64,000 nt of DNA. It comes from an uncultured Actinomycetes bacterium (GTDB taxonomy: Bacteria > Actinomycetota > Thermoleophilia > RBG-16-64-13). Made by a program: the position numbers and the translations under genes. Location: positions 28,274 through 92,273 of the forward strand of contig CAWHIX010000008.1 in the NCBI GenBank assembly GCA_963829545.1, given 5' to 3'. The notes beneath the pieces are model-generated. The model was not told where the DNA came from and ran no database searches. It worked only from the letters and a program-made list of their open reading frames with translations. Of this stretch, positions 51,649-62,336 are shown one piece after another; the first letter of the stretch is position 1, and every line of letters starts with the position of its first letter.

Positions 51649-52143
51649 ATGAAGGCTCTGGTCGTGTACGAGTCGCTGTGGGGAAACACGGCAACGGTCG
51701 CACGGGCCATAGCGGAAGGCATCGGGCCGGAAGCCCGGGCCCTGTCCACCGCCGAGGCGACGCCCCTGATCCTGGAGGGCGTGGACCTGCTGGTGGCCGG
51801 CTGCCCGGTTCATGCCTTTCGCCCACCTACCGACGAGAGCAGAGAGAACATCCGTCGAAACCCCGGCAAGGGCGGACCGCCGGACCTCTCTCATCCTGCC
51901 CTGCGCTCCTGGCTGGCCTCACTGCCTCCGGGACAGGGCTCCGCAGCGGCCTTCGACACCCAGGTCCGCGGGCCCTTTGGAAGTGCCGCCCCCTTCGTGC
52001 TCAAAGAACTCGAGCGGGCAGGGTACCGAGCGGTCGGCAAGCCGTTGGGATTCATGCTCAAGGGTAAGTACGGACCCGTTCGCGACGGCGAGCTGGAGCG
52101 GGCCCGCGCCTGGGGCGCCGAGTTGGCCGGGCTGAGCTCCTAG
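51649..52143 (+). CDS. Flavodoxin-like protein
   Basis: VVYESLWGNT..VA.AIA, AAAFDT, GELERA..WG. Confidence 0.88.
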   Translation: MKALVVYESLWGNTATVARAIAEGIGPEARALSTAEATPLILEGVDLLVAGCPVHAFRPPTDESRENIRRNPGKGGPPDLSHPALRSWLASLPPGQGSAAAFDTQVRGPFGSAAPFVLKELERAGYRAVGKPLGFMLKGKYGPVRDGELERARAWGAELAGLSS

Positions 52144-52574
52144 AAGGCTCCCAGCTGACAGGGCTCTATCTTGAACTCAAGAAGCTCGCAGACGGCGGCG
52201 ACCTCCATCCGTTCTATGCCCAGAGTGTCCGCGATCTTCCAGCACGCCGCGCAACTTATGGTCCCGTCGGCGCCGAAACGGCTCAGCTGTTCGCGCACCT
52301 CAGCTGATGCTTCCTTCGCAGGCTCCACTATCTTCTTGTGGGGGGAAAAGCCGAACAGGCCCAGCTGGCATCTGGTGATGCGATACTCGAGCAGGTCGGC
52401 GGTCTTTCCAATCGCGGAGGGGGACACCTTCAGGTCGGCGGCCACGTCGAAGGCGTCCGCGCAGGTGATGGTGCCGTCCACGGCTCTGTCGCCGAGTGCG
52501 TCTGCGACCGCTGGATCGCTCGGGGTGCCAGCGGGGTGCTTGGCGCTGTACTTGGGCGCGTCTTCGTGTGTCAT
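52140..52574 (-). CDS. Conserved Cys-containing hypothetical protein with internal duplication
   Basis: Two repeats of DG.I.CA.....A..L...I..CQLG.F. Confidence 0.75.
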   Translation of the reverse strand: MTHEDAPKYSAKHPAGTPSDPAVADALGDRAVDGTITCADAFDVAADLKVSPSAIGKTADLLEYRITRCQLGLFGFSPHKKIVEPAKEASAEVREQLSRFGADGTISCAACWKIADTLGIERMEVAAVCELLEFKIEPCQLGAF

Positions 52575-52794
52575 GACGGTATTCTCCGCTGGTTGTACTT
52601 GAGGTTCTCCTTCTATCATACTGGGCCGAGGCGGAGACCGGGCCGGCGTCTCCCTGGCCACTCGGCCGGGGTCGCAACCCAGCACCCGGGTAGCAGCCAA
52701 ACCATCTAGGAGCAGGGCGTTTTGCCCGCCGCCGCGCCCTATCATCGTCCTTGTCAGCCACCGTCAAGCCCATATGGGCGATAAGGACGCGATA

Positions 52795-54106
52795 ATGACC
52801 AAGTCCGCTACTCATCTCGACCCGGGATGGGAAGCCTCCGTCGATCGAACCGTCTCAGCGCACGAGGCCCGCTCTACGGCCGTGACGGTCGGCGAACGCG
52901 TGGTCTTCTGGGCGGCGGGTGGCCTCATGGGCCTGAACGTCCTCGTGGATTCGTTCGTGGCCATGCGACCCGGCGCAGAGCGCTCGGACCACATCCTTGC
53001 CGCCGTTATCCCCTTGGTCCTGCTGGCGGCGGCCGTGTGGCTGTATCCGCGCATGCGGCCTGGACTTCGTGCCTGCGTGGCGCTTCTTTTCGGGGCGCTG
53101 GCGCTGGTCTGGGGTGGTCTGGCCGGTGCCGCGACGGTGCAGGAAGGCCTCTCGGTCGGTCTGATGACCGGTCTGCTTCTCATACCGGTGGGGATCGCTC
53201 TGATTGCCCTGGCAGTCCAGCTACTGTGGCGCTCGCGCAAACGAGATCGCCTGAGCTACCTGCGGCCGGTGCTCTACCTGATCGCCGGACTTCTTGTCGC
53301 CTATTGGGTGGTGTTGCCGCTGGGCATAGCCGCCTACGCCACGCACCGGCCCCGGGTCTGGGTGGCGGCGGCGGAAGAGATGCCCGACTACAGGGAGGTG
53401 ACCCTGACCACACGCGACGGACTGGAGCTGCGCGCCTGGTACATCCCGAGTGAGAACGGCGCCGCTGTGGTCACCTTTCCTCGGGAGACGACCGTGCCCC
53501 ACGCCGTCATGCTGGCCGAGCCCGGCTATGGGGTGCTCATGGTCGACATGCGCGGCTACGGCGATAGCGAGGGCGACCCCAACGCCTTCGGCTGGGGCTC
53601 CGGCCAGGATATCGACGCGGCCTTGGCCTACCTCGGATCGCGTCCCGAGATCGAACCCGGGCGGATAGGCGGGCTGGGTCTGTCGGTGGGAGGCGAGCAG
53701 ATGATCGAGGCGGCCGCCGCGAACGAGGCCCTCGCGGCCGTGGTGTCCGAGGGCGCGGGCGAGCGGTCGGTCGCGGAAAGCCTCATACGCGGACCCAAGG
53801 GATGGCTGGCCGTCCCGGCGATGGCGGTGCAGACGGCGGCCGTAGCGGTGCTCAGCGGCGATGCTCCTCCGGCCTCGCTCGAGGACCTTGCGGCAGGCAT
53901 CTCGCCTCGGCCGGTGTTCTTCATCCATGCCGAGAACGGTGGCGGCGGGGAGGAGTTGAACCCCGATCTACTTCCTGGCTGCAGGCGAGCCCAAAGAGAT
54001 ATGGCAGGTGGAGGACTCGGGTCACATCTCCGGAATCACTGCCCAGCCGGAGGAGTACGAACAGCGGGTGGTCGGTTTCTTCGACCGGTGGCTGCTGGGG
54101 AGGTAG
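52795..54106 (+). CDS. Membrane-anchored alpha/beta hydrolase (indel ~53968)
   Basis: N-terminal TM helices; DG..L.AWY.PS.NGA, DMRGYG.SEG, GLSVGG nucleophile; catalytic GH in a shifted frame. Confidence 0.85.
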
Positions 54107-54178
54107 AGGGACTAGATACCGTTGCCCCCTCGGGTATACACTCAAGGAGATACCAGTAGTCCTTTGATGGGGTGGGCG

Positions 54179-54475
54179 ATGCTGACGCCGCGGCAACTCA
54201 AGAAGACCGTCCAGACGACTGATGGTCACACGCTGTGGACCGGGGCCCTGGCCAACGGCTATCCCGCCGGCAAGCACGAGGGGAAGACCGTCTACCTCAA
54301 GCGCCTCATCTGGGAGGAGAGCAACGGCCCCATCCCCGACGGCTCCGTAGTCACCTCAAGTTGCGGCCATCGCAACTGCATCGAGCCCAGCCATCTGGCC
54401 TTGAGCCCGCCCGGACGTTACCCCAGCGTGCGTAACGAACGAGGGCGGTATACGAGCGCGCAGCCGCAGGATTGA
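54179..54475 (+). CDS. Degenerate HNH/His-Me finger-like protein
   Basis: LWTG....GY, R..WE..NGPIP.G..V...C..R.C..P.HL scaffold of phage HNH proteins. Confidence 0.65.
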   Translation: MLTPRQLKKTVQTTDGHTLWTGALANGYPAGKHEGKTVYLKRLIWEESNGPIPDGSVVTSSCGHRNCIEPSHLALSPPGRYPSVRNERGRYTSAQPQD

Positions 54476-54622
54476 GCATCACGGGACTTCTTCGCTTGTC
54501 CTCCATCCTGGCACCCTGAGATCCCCGCGCCGGCAATATCGAAGCAGCGGACCAGGCGATGGACGAGGCGGCGCGAGTATTCGGGATACCGATCCGACGC
54601 TCCTGTGGGCCAGGCGAGAGCG

Positions 54623-55030
54623 TCAACGGGGGAGCGTCGCGAATCCCTCCTGACGGAAATGCCGGTCTGTGGCGACGGCTGTGTCGATGCCGAGGCGCCG
54701 CATCATCACGAAACTCAGACAGTCGGTCAAGGTGTACCGCTTATCAGGTCGGTCGAGGAACAGCGACCATGCCTTGTGTTCCTCCGCAGCGTCGGGATGT
54801 TCGAGTCGAACCTCGGCGGCCTTCCTGATCTGTGCTCCCGCCCGCACTGCCGTGGCGTGGTCGCTTCGCACGAGAAGCAGCGCGACCAGTTCGTCCAGTA
54901 CGTACGTGCTGGTGACGAACCGCGCATGGGGTCGTCTCGCGAGCTCAAGGATCTCCGCGTGGCTCGGAGAGCCGGAAAACAGTAGGTCGTACCAACCGGA
55001 GGTGTCGACAAAGAGTGGTTTCGCGTTCAC
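54623..55030 (-). CDS. vapC: VapC/PIN domain toxin
   Basis: FVDTSGW, TS.YVLDE, TLTDCLSF.VM, TDRHF.QEGF. Confidence 0.9.
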   Translation of the reverse strand: MNAKPLFVDTSGWYDLLFSGSPSHAEILELARRPHARFVTSTYVLDELVALLLVRSDHATAVRAGAQIRKAAEVRLEHPDAAEEHKAWSLFLDRPDKRYTLTDCLSFVMMRRLGIDTAVATDRHFRQEGFATLPR

Positions 55031-55284
55031 TCGGGGCTTGGCTCCGAGGCCGGCTCACCGTAGAGGATCGCATCGTGATCCTTGCCGGAGAAGTCACTCT
55101 GGGTGATCAGGCCGGCCAGTTCCCACACATGAGGTGCGTCGGCGGCAGCGCGATCCATACGTTCTCTCACCAAGCTACGCACGACCGCCGAGAGGCTGAT
55201 CCCACTAGCGGTGGCTTGGGTCTTCAGAAAGCAGTACTCCGCCTCCTCGAGGGTGATCTGCGTGCGTGTCATGCGGGCCATCAT
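55027..55284 (-). CDS. CopG/RHH antitoxin
   Basis: RTQITL, S.SAVVR..V, HD.ILYG; stop overlaps the toxin start (GTGA). Confidence 0.85.
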   Translation of the reverse strand: MMARMTRTQITLEEAEYCFLKTQATASGISLSAVVRSLVRERMDRAAADAPHVWELAGLITQSDFSGKDHDAILYGEPASEPSPE

Positions 55285-55342
55285 CGACCACCTTCCGAAA
55301 AAAGACGCTAGGACTTTGGTCGGATCATGTGTCGACTCTACC

Positions 55343-55366
55343 ATGCCATATTACATCATGTGGCAT
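55343..55366 (-). promoter_or_regulatory. Putative TA autoregulatory operator
   Basis: ATGCCATA-N8-TGTGGCAT imperfect inverted repeat upstream of the antitoxin. Confidence 0.5.
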
Positions 55367-55429
55367 CTGGGGTGCGGAGCCACACCATCGGCGGATATCA
55401 GGTGCGTGCCACCTGTCTCACGCCGGCGA

Positions 55430-55662
55430 AGGAGGCAATCGCACGCTTCAAGACTGAGGAGAGGGACAACCTCTCGGGCGCCGTCCCGACGGTCACAGCT
55501 CGGAACCAGCTGAAGGTGACGCCCCAGGGGAGTACAGTGAACATGTTCGTCAATGGGACCCAGGTCTGTGAACCCACAGGGGCCGTCTTGACTGAAGGGC
55601 AGATGGGGCTCGCAGCTGGCTGGGCCGCTGCCGACGTTGTGTCTCTGGCTTTCGACGGCTAG
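55430..55662 (+). pseudogene. Remnant resembling the C-terminus of a concanavalin-like (DUF1080-type) domain
   Basis: NQLKV...G..VNMFVNG.QV......L..G.MGL...FD with no credible start. Confidence 0.35.
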
Positions 55663-55722
55663 AAGGTCTGTTCCGCGGCTCGATCTCACGACCATTCAGC
55701 CCTAACCGAGGAAAGGACCACC

Positions 55723-56313
55723 ATGAGCAAGCTGTTCGTAATCCTAGCCTGTCTGTTGATCGTTGCTCTGCCGCTTGCCGGCTGCAGCGGCTCCGATTCC
55801 GATACCGCGGGAGAGACTGCGTCGAGTCAGGCGCAGGCGACCGACCAGACCACATCCACCGCTCCAGCGTCGGCCACCGCGGCACCCGGTGGCACTGACT
55901 CCACCGCCGGCACCCAGACCACTACGGCCACCGAGCCGCCCATCCCACCCTCGGATTCCGGTACGTCGGGCGACGGGGAGTGGATCACGGTCATGACCAT
56001 GACCTCGAGCGATGAGCCGTGGCAGGGTATGGACAACATCCTGGTGAGCGAGCCCTTCTCCGCAAGCGGCGAAGCCCGGCTGGTGCTCGACATGCCCGAC
56101 GCAGGCAAGCTCGACGGGGTGATCGTAGCGGTAGTACCCGCGGACAAGATCAGCGACGTCACCTCACTCCTGGATGCCATCCAGGAGGCGGCCGTGGTAA
56201 CTCTCATACCGTCGTCGCCGGCCAAGACCGTCAACGACTTGGACGGCACTTATAGGTTGGTGAACACGGTCCCCAGCGACACTGCCTGGACTCTTGAGCT
56301 GCAGACGAGGTAG
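55723..56313 (+). CDS. Hypothetical lipoprotein
   Basis: LAGC lipobox, Thr/Ala/Ser linker, AAGGA RBS. Confidence 0.75.
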   Translation: MSKLFVILACLLIVALPLAGCSGSDSDTAGETASSQAQATDQTTSTAPASATAAPGGTDSTAGTQTTTATEPPIPPSDSGTSGDGEWITVMTMTSSDEPWQGMDNILVSEPFSASGEARLVLDMPDAGKLDGVIVAVVPADKISDVTSLLDAIQEAAVVTLIPSSPAKTVNDLDGTYRLVNTVPSDTAWTLELQTR

Positions 56314-56489
56314 CCACAAGGCGCGCAGCAGGGGAGAGCGGCGCGGGTCGAGGCCCTCACCTCCGCGATGATGGTCACCGTGGAGCGGTTGTCTTTGCCC
56401 GAATGAGCTGCGAGCAGGTGCCCGAACGCTGTCTGAGCCGCCGGCTCGTCGAAGCGCTGGCGGAGGAGTCAGGCCACAGCAAGAGCATC

Positions 56490-58125
56490 CTATCCCGCCG
56501 CCCGCGGCATCGCGACGAAAGCGCGCTGCAGGCCGATGGCCAGGGCGACCAGGCCCCCAAAGACCTCCAGCAGCGGCAGCCCGAGAGTGAAGTGGGCCCG
56601 GCCCACCAAGTACACCGACACCACAGTGACCACCAGGGCAAGGATGGCCCAGCCCGCCAGCCGCAACAGCACCAGGATGAAACTGAATCCCGTGGTGTCG
56701 AGCGCAGCAACGTTGATCAAGTTCGTGGACACCCGTCCCCCGCGCCGCGCCGAAAAGGCCGCGGCCAGCACGACGATCAAAGACAGGGGGATCACGAGCA
56801 GCATCATGGTGCCAAAGGCGCCGGCGGTCACGTATCCCAGCGCGGTAGCGCCCGCCACAGCCAGGGCCCCGGCCACCACGACGATCGCCGTGGGCAGCAG
56901 GCAATGCAGCCACAGGATCTTGTCGAACGGCCAGGGTAGAAGGAGGCGCGCCGTCGCCGGGGAGTCGACTTCAAGCCGAAAGGGCTCGAGCAGAGAACTC
57001 GCCGCCAGATAGAGCGCCACCGCCCCGGCCCAGAGCGTTCCCTGGCCGGTCGGTTGCAGCGCCAGAAGAACCATGCCCGCCCCGGCCAGCATGATGCCCC
57101 AGCCGAGCCGGACCGGAGATCGGAGCAGAGCGACCGTGCTGTGCCAGGGCACGATGAGTATCTGCCGTCGAGGCAGGCGGATTCGCAGGCGCGCCTGCCA
57201 CCGTCCTGGCCTTCGACCCTCTGCTCGCCAGTCCGACGCTACGGTAATCGAGGGCATGCAGGCTGGCGACTACCTGGGAACGGGTCCGCGCCCGGCTGCG
57301 AAACTCCTCTATCGGACAGTCTCCGGCGCTACGGAAGAGGCTGATTCCCGCGGCCAGCGCCAGGCCGCACAAGAGAACAAGGCCTATCACCCCGTACGAG
57401 GAGCCCTCCGTCGATACCGGCAGGATGCCCCAGCCCCAGGGACCCGACCAGAGCACGGCCTTCCTGAGCGTCGACCCGGCCCCCTGGGCAAAGCCGAGGA
57501 GGATGGTGAGGCCGAGGGCCGGCAGCGTCAGCCGGAGTACCCACACGGTGGCCCAGCGGAGGCGCTGCACGTGCCAGCTTCCCGCCACCACGATGACTCC
57601 CAAAGCGAAACCGGCGAGTGCGGCTTTGCCTATCCGACCGCCGGATTGCGCCGTCCCAGGGGAGACGATCGCGATGAGACCACCGGCCAGCGCTCCCGCC
57701 GCCCCGACGAGGACCGCCACCGTCCCGAGCCGCGGCAGCACCAGGTCCTTCCTGCGCAAGGGAGCCGGCAGGAGCAGCAGGCAGTCGGGCTCCGAGAACG
57801 AGACGAAACCCTGGACGGTGCTGTAGCGAAAGGCGGCGAGGAAGACCAGCACGATCGCCGGCGCCCCCCAGGCGAAGTGGTAGAAGTCGGCTACTTCTAT
57901 CAGTAGCGCCCCGAGCCGCTTCGAGAGTCCCCAGAACATACCGAGGATGATGGCAAGCGTGAGCAGGGACACGTAGAGGGTCTCGACGCGGGCCATCCAG
58001 GATCGGCCGGGCCGTAACGAGGCCAGGAGTGCCAGCACGCCGCGGGCTTCTACGGGGGAATAGGCTTCGTCCCCGGAGGTGTCGGGAGCCAGCAGGACGC
58101 CGCCGAGCGACGGCATCCTAGCCAT
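56490..58125 (-). CDS. ABC exporter membrane subunit (DUF6297-like), indel ~57205
   Basis: Multi-TM protein in two frames; LL.AP..R motif; follows the ATPase gene. Confidence 0.7.
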
Positions 58126-58800
58126 CGAGGATATGACCCTCGGATATGTGAAGGACGCGTGTGGCGACCGAGGCCGCGAACTCCTCCGAGTGGGTCATGA
58201 GGAGGACCGCCTTCCGCGCGGCGATCGACTCCAGGAGAAGATCCTGCAGCGCGTCCATCGACGCGAGATCCAGGCCGATGGTCGGCTCGTCGAGCACCAG
58301 CACCGAGAAGGGCCGGATGACTCCGCACGCGATGGCGGTCTTCTGCCGCATCCCGCGGGAGAGCTGGGAGGGGAAGAAGTCGGCGCGTTTCTCCAGGCCG
58401 AGCGAGCCAAGCAGGTTGTCACACCGCTCCACGAGGTCTTCTCCGTCCACACCGTGGGCCGCGGCGACGAGACGAAGGTGATCGCGGACGGTCAGATCCT
58501 GATAGAGATAGGGGTTGTCGGGAACGTAGCTGAGGTGCTTGCGCGCCGCCAGAGCCTCCGCTTCGTGATCGAGAGAGAAGCCGGCGATCCTGACCCAACC
58601 CTCCGTCGGTTCCTGCAGGCCGCTGATCAACTCGGCGGCGGTGGTCTTGCCGCTGCCGTTCGGGCCCATGAGGGCGACGCACTCGCCGGCGACGATGGTG
58701 AGGTCGAGGGCCTCCAGAGCCGCGACCGGGCCGTAGTAGCGGCTGAGGCTGTCGGTCTCGAGCAGGATCTGTGCGGGCTGTTTGGCCGTCTCTAACTCCC
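58118..58800 (-). CDS. ABC transporter ATP-binding protein (start uncertain)
   Basis: GPNGSGKTT, LSRGMRQK, VLDEP, TH. Confidence 0.9.
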
Positions 58801-58889
58801 TCGGGTGGCGTCCGACGCTATGGTAGCAGTGCGGCCGCGATATCCTTGGGGCCGGGGCCAAGCTTCGCAACCGACAGCAAGGGGGATCC

Positions 58890-59675
58890 ATGGCTCAGAT
58901 GGACTACGAGAACAGGCTGAAGCTGAAAGCGCACGATTTCGCCGTGCTGGAGCAGTTCGACTTCGAGTACGCGCCGGTGGGTTTCAAGTTCTTCAGCGCG
59001 GAGGGCGACCTCGACGGCTTGGGACTGGAGCCGCTCGACGGCAAGATGTCGTGGTGCCAGATGCTCCGTCAAGCCCAGGGCGGGCGGGCTTTCTATGCCA
59101 CGGCCGAGAACCACAGCTGCGAGCCGGGTATCTTCCTCACCGGTCACGGGCCGCTGATCCCCTTGGCCGCCGGGGGGCGGATCGGCACCGCCTTCGACAT
59201 CTACCCCGACGAACGAGCCAACCGCCGCGTATACAGCCACGTGACCATGCTGGCCGAGGGGACCACCTTCGCGACCGGCTTCGCTGCCGTGGACAAGCTC
59301 ACCTTCGAGCCCGACGTGCTCATCATCGGGTGCGACAACATGGACCAGGGTGAGGCTATCCTGCGGGCTACCCAATGGGACACGGGCGACATGATCACCA
59401 GCCGCATGACATACGTCATGGGCTGCAACTGGCTGTTCACCCATCCGTACATGAGCGGCGAGATCAACACCCTTTGGACCGGCATCTGTCACGGCATGAC
59501 GGGCTACGACCTCCACCCGCCGGGGCTGCCCATGGTGGCGATCCCCTGGCCGCACATCGACCGCGTGCTGCGCAACATCCGCGAGATGCCGCGCAAGCTC
59601 CCCGCCCACACCGAAGAGAGGGACGAGGCCCACCGCAGGGGAGGCGAGCGTCTGGGCGTGGAGGGGATCATCTAG
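58890..59675 (+). CDS. DUF169 family protein
   Basis: PVGFKF, WCQML..A..G..FY....NHSC, FEPDVLII, GC, P..SGEIN. Confidence 0.82.
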   Translation: MAQMDYENRLKLKAHDFAVLEQFDFEYAPVGFKFFSAEGDLDGLGLEPLDGKMSWCQMLRQAQGGRAFYATAENHSCEPGIFLTGHGPLIPLAAGGRIGTAFDIYPDERANRRVYSHVTMLAEGTTFATGFAAVDKLTFEPDVLIIGCDNMDQGEAILRATQWDTGDMITSRMTYVMGCNWLFTHPYMSGEINTLWTGICHGMTGYDLHPPGLPMVAIPWPHIDRVLRNIREMPRKLPAHTEERDEAHRRGGERLGVEGII

Positions 59676-59750
59676 AGGCTCCGAGATCCGACCTGTCCGA
59701 CCCTCCTGCTAACCTTGGACCATACAGAAGCAGGAGGGGGGTAGAAGGCA

Positions 59751-61220
59751 GTGGCTCGAGTTCCCAGGCTCTCAAAGTCCCGTTTCCAGGCGGGATTGCA
59801 GTGCCCCAAGCATCTATGGCTGCTCTGCCACGCTTATCAGCTGGCTGATCAGGTCACCGATTCTCAGCAGGCCGTGTTCGACCAGGGTCACACGGTCGGC
59901 GCGCTGGCGCGAGAGTACTTTCCCGGCGGCGTACTGGTAGAGGAGGACCACCTGCACTGCTTCGAGGCGCTGCGGACCACGGAACATCTTCGCAGCGAGG
60001 GCTTCTCCTGCCTGTACGAAGCTGCGTTCGAACACGATGGCGTGCTCGTGCGCAGCGACGTCGTGGTGAAGGACGACTCCGGGGCATGGACGTTGGTCGA
60101 GGTGAAGTCGTCCACCGAGGTCAAGCCCGAGCACATCACCGACCTCGCCGTCCAGGCCTACGTGGTTCGGGAGTCCGGCATCCCTCTGGCGGGTTGTCGC
60201 CTGCTGCACATCAACAACACCTACGCATATCCGGGCGGCCCCCACGACCTTGGGCAGCTATTCACTCTGGTGGATGTGACGGCACAGGTGGAGCAGTTCC
60301 TTCCCTCGGTGCCGGGCCTGATCCTTCAGATGAAACAAATGCTCGTAGGCCCGTGCCCGGACGTGCAGATAAGCAAGCGCTGCGAGCAGCCGTACACCTG
60401 CCGTTTCCATGGCCACTGTCACGACTATCTGCCCGAATTCCCCGTCACCGAGATCCCCCGCGTCAGCAACGAGCTGCTCTGCGGTCTTGTTGCCGACGGC
60501 TATTGCTCCATCCGTGAAGTCCCCCTCGACTATCCCGGCCTCAGCCCGCTGCAGCGGACCGTCTGCCACGTCATCCAGTCGGGCGAAGCGCGCTTCGGCC
60601 CCGGGCTGGACGCGGAGTTGAGCGTGCTCGAGGAGCCCATGCACTTCCTCGATTTCGAGACTTTCCGGGCCGCTCTTCCCGTCTACGTAGGTACCCGGCC
60701 CTACCAGGCGGTGCCCGTACAGTGGTCGTGCCACACTCTCGACGGGAGCCTCGGTCACCAGGAGTTCCTGCACACCAACGGCACCGACCCGCGGAGGGCC
60801 TTCGCCACCAGCCTGCTGTCGGCGCTCCCGGGCGACGGGCCTATCGTCGTCTACAGCTCGTACGAGAACACCATCCTCAGCTCTTTGGCGAGCGATCTGC
60901 CCGACCTTGCCGACTCGATCGCGGCGCTCCAAGCGCGACTCTTCGACCTCGAGAAGGTCGTCCGCAACCACGTGCAGCATCCCGACTTCCATGGGCGGAC
61001 GTCGCTCAAGTACGTCCTGCCGGCCCTGGTGGACGATCTTTCCTACCAGGGGCTGGCGGTGCCCAACGGGGACGTCGCTACGCTGCGCTACGGGCAGGCG
61101 GTCTTCGGGGAATGCTGCGACGCAGAGCGCGAGGCCATCTTCGGCGACCTGCTCGCCTACTGCCAGACTGATACCCTGGCGCTGGTGAGGGTATACGAGG
61201 AGTTACTGAAGGCGAGCTGA
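59751..61220 (+). CDS. DUF2779-type protein: Cas4/RecB-like nuclease fused to RNase H-like exonuclease
   Basis: LSKSRF..GLQCPK.LWL, YEAAF, D....EVKSST, DLAVQ, C..PY.C.F..HC, FLDFET, DPR, SLK.VLP, YC..DT. Confidence 0.85.
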   Translation: MARVPRLSKSRFQAGLQCPKHLWLLCHAYQLADQVTDSQQAVFDQGHTVGALAREYFPGGVLVEEDHLHCFEALRTTEHLRSEGFSCLYEAAFEHDGVLVRSDVVVKDDSGAWTLVEVKSSTEVKPEHITDLAVQAYVVRESGIPLAGCRLLHINNTYAYPGGPHDLGQLFTLVDVTAQVEQFLPSVPGLILQMKQMLVGPCPDVQISKRCEQPYTCRFHGHCHDYLPEFPVTEIPRVSNELLCGLVADGYCSIREVPLDYPGLSPLQRTVCHVIQSGEARFGPGLDAELSVLEEPMHFLDFETFRAALPVYVGTRPYQAVPVQWSCHTLDGSLGHQEFLHTNGTDPRRAFATSLLSALPGDGPIVVYSSYENTILSSLASDLPDLADSIAALQARLFDLEKVVRNHVQHPDFHGRTSLKYVLPALVDDLSYQGLAVPNGDVATLRYGQAVFGECCDAEREAIFGDLLAYCQTDTLALVRVYEELLKAS

Positions 61221-61224
61221 GGCA

Positions 61225-62226
61225 GTGAGAGCGCGAGTCATCGATCTGGAGAACCATTTCATCACGCCGGCCTGGCTGGAGGCGTTGGAGAAGAACGAGG
61301 GCTATCCGCGGCTGGAGAACGGCGGCGAGAGGCTCTCGTCTGAAGTGTGGAGCTCCATCGCCAAGAAGAAGGAGATCATGGACCTGGGCGAGGGCCGCAT
61401 CGCGGCCATGGACGAGGCCCACATCGACTTCGCCTATCTGTCTCTCACGTCGCCGGGCGTGGAAGCGCTCCCCGTAGACGTGGGCGTCACGGTGGCTGAA
61501 GATGCCAACAACGTCCTAGCCGAGGCCATCGCCAGGTACCCCGACCGTCTGGGTGGCTGGGCGACGCTCGCTCCCAAGAACGTCGAGCACGCCGTTCACG
61601 AACTGGAGCGCTGCATCACTGAGTTGGGCTTCAAAGGGTGGGACACGCAGTCCAACTTCGGCGACTCTTTCCTGGATGATCCTGCGTACTGGCCCATCCT
61701 GGCCAAGTGCGAAGAGCTGGACGTCCCCATCTACCTTCATCCCGCCATTCCCATGATCCCCCAGCTGAGGGAGTTCGGCTTCGTGCTGGCCGGCCCCACC
61801 TTCGGTTTCGGGGCCGAGACTGCCTACGTCTTCATGCGCATGATCGTTCGCGGTGTGTTCGACCGCTATCCGAACCTCAAGATGATCCTGGGGCACTACG
61901 GAGAAGCCCTGCCCTTCTGGGTCAATCGCGTCGATTGCGCCTACCGGCAGGGGAAGGGCGCCCCGAATCCCGAGTTCGGGCCGGGCAGCGAGAAGTGGGC
62001 CAGTCACTACGTGCTCAACAACCTCTGGGTGACCACCAGCGGCAACTACTTCGGTCCGGCCTACTACTGCACTCGCGACGGCATCGGCCTGGAGAAGATC
62101 CTGCTCGGCTCCGACTACCCCTACGAGCGGATGGACTCCTGCACCATCTTCCTCGACGGATTGGGGCTGCCCCATGAGGAACTGGCTCAGGTGTACGAAG
62201 GCAACGCTCGGGCACTGGGGTTCTGA
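61225..62226 (+). CDS. Amidohydrolase_2 family protein (aromatic decarboxylase/ACMSD-like)
   Basis: IDLENH, RIAAMD, IYLHP, GVFDRYP.L..ILGH.GE, GSDYPYE. Confidence 0.9.
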   Translation: MRARVIDLENHFITPAWLEALEKNEGYPRLENGGERLSSEVWSSIAKKKEIMDLGEGRIAAMDEAHIDFAYLSLTSPGVEALPVDVGVTVAEDANNVLAEAIARYPDRLGGWATLAPKNVEHAVHELERCITELGFKGWDTQSNFGDSFLDDPAYWPILAKCEELDVPIYLHPAIPMIPQLREFGFVLAGPTFGFGAETAYVFMRMIVRGVFDRYPNLKMILGHYGEALPFWVNRVDCAYRQGKGAPNPEFGPGSEKWASHYVLNNLWVTTSGNYFGPAYYCTRDGIGLEKILLGSDYPYERMDSCTIFLDGLGLPHEELAQVYEGNARALGF

Positions 62227-62336
62227 GCGCCGGCGGCGCCTCCGCGCCCCGGGCGGCGCTCATGGGGGCTTCGCGCTGTCGGCCCGGCGGCGCTCGCGCC
62301 CGCGGCCTCGCCTCCTTCGCCCGGCCTGCCGCACTG

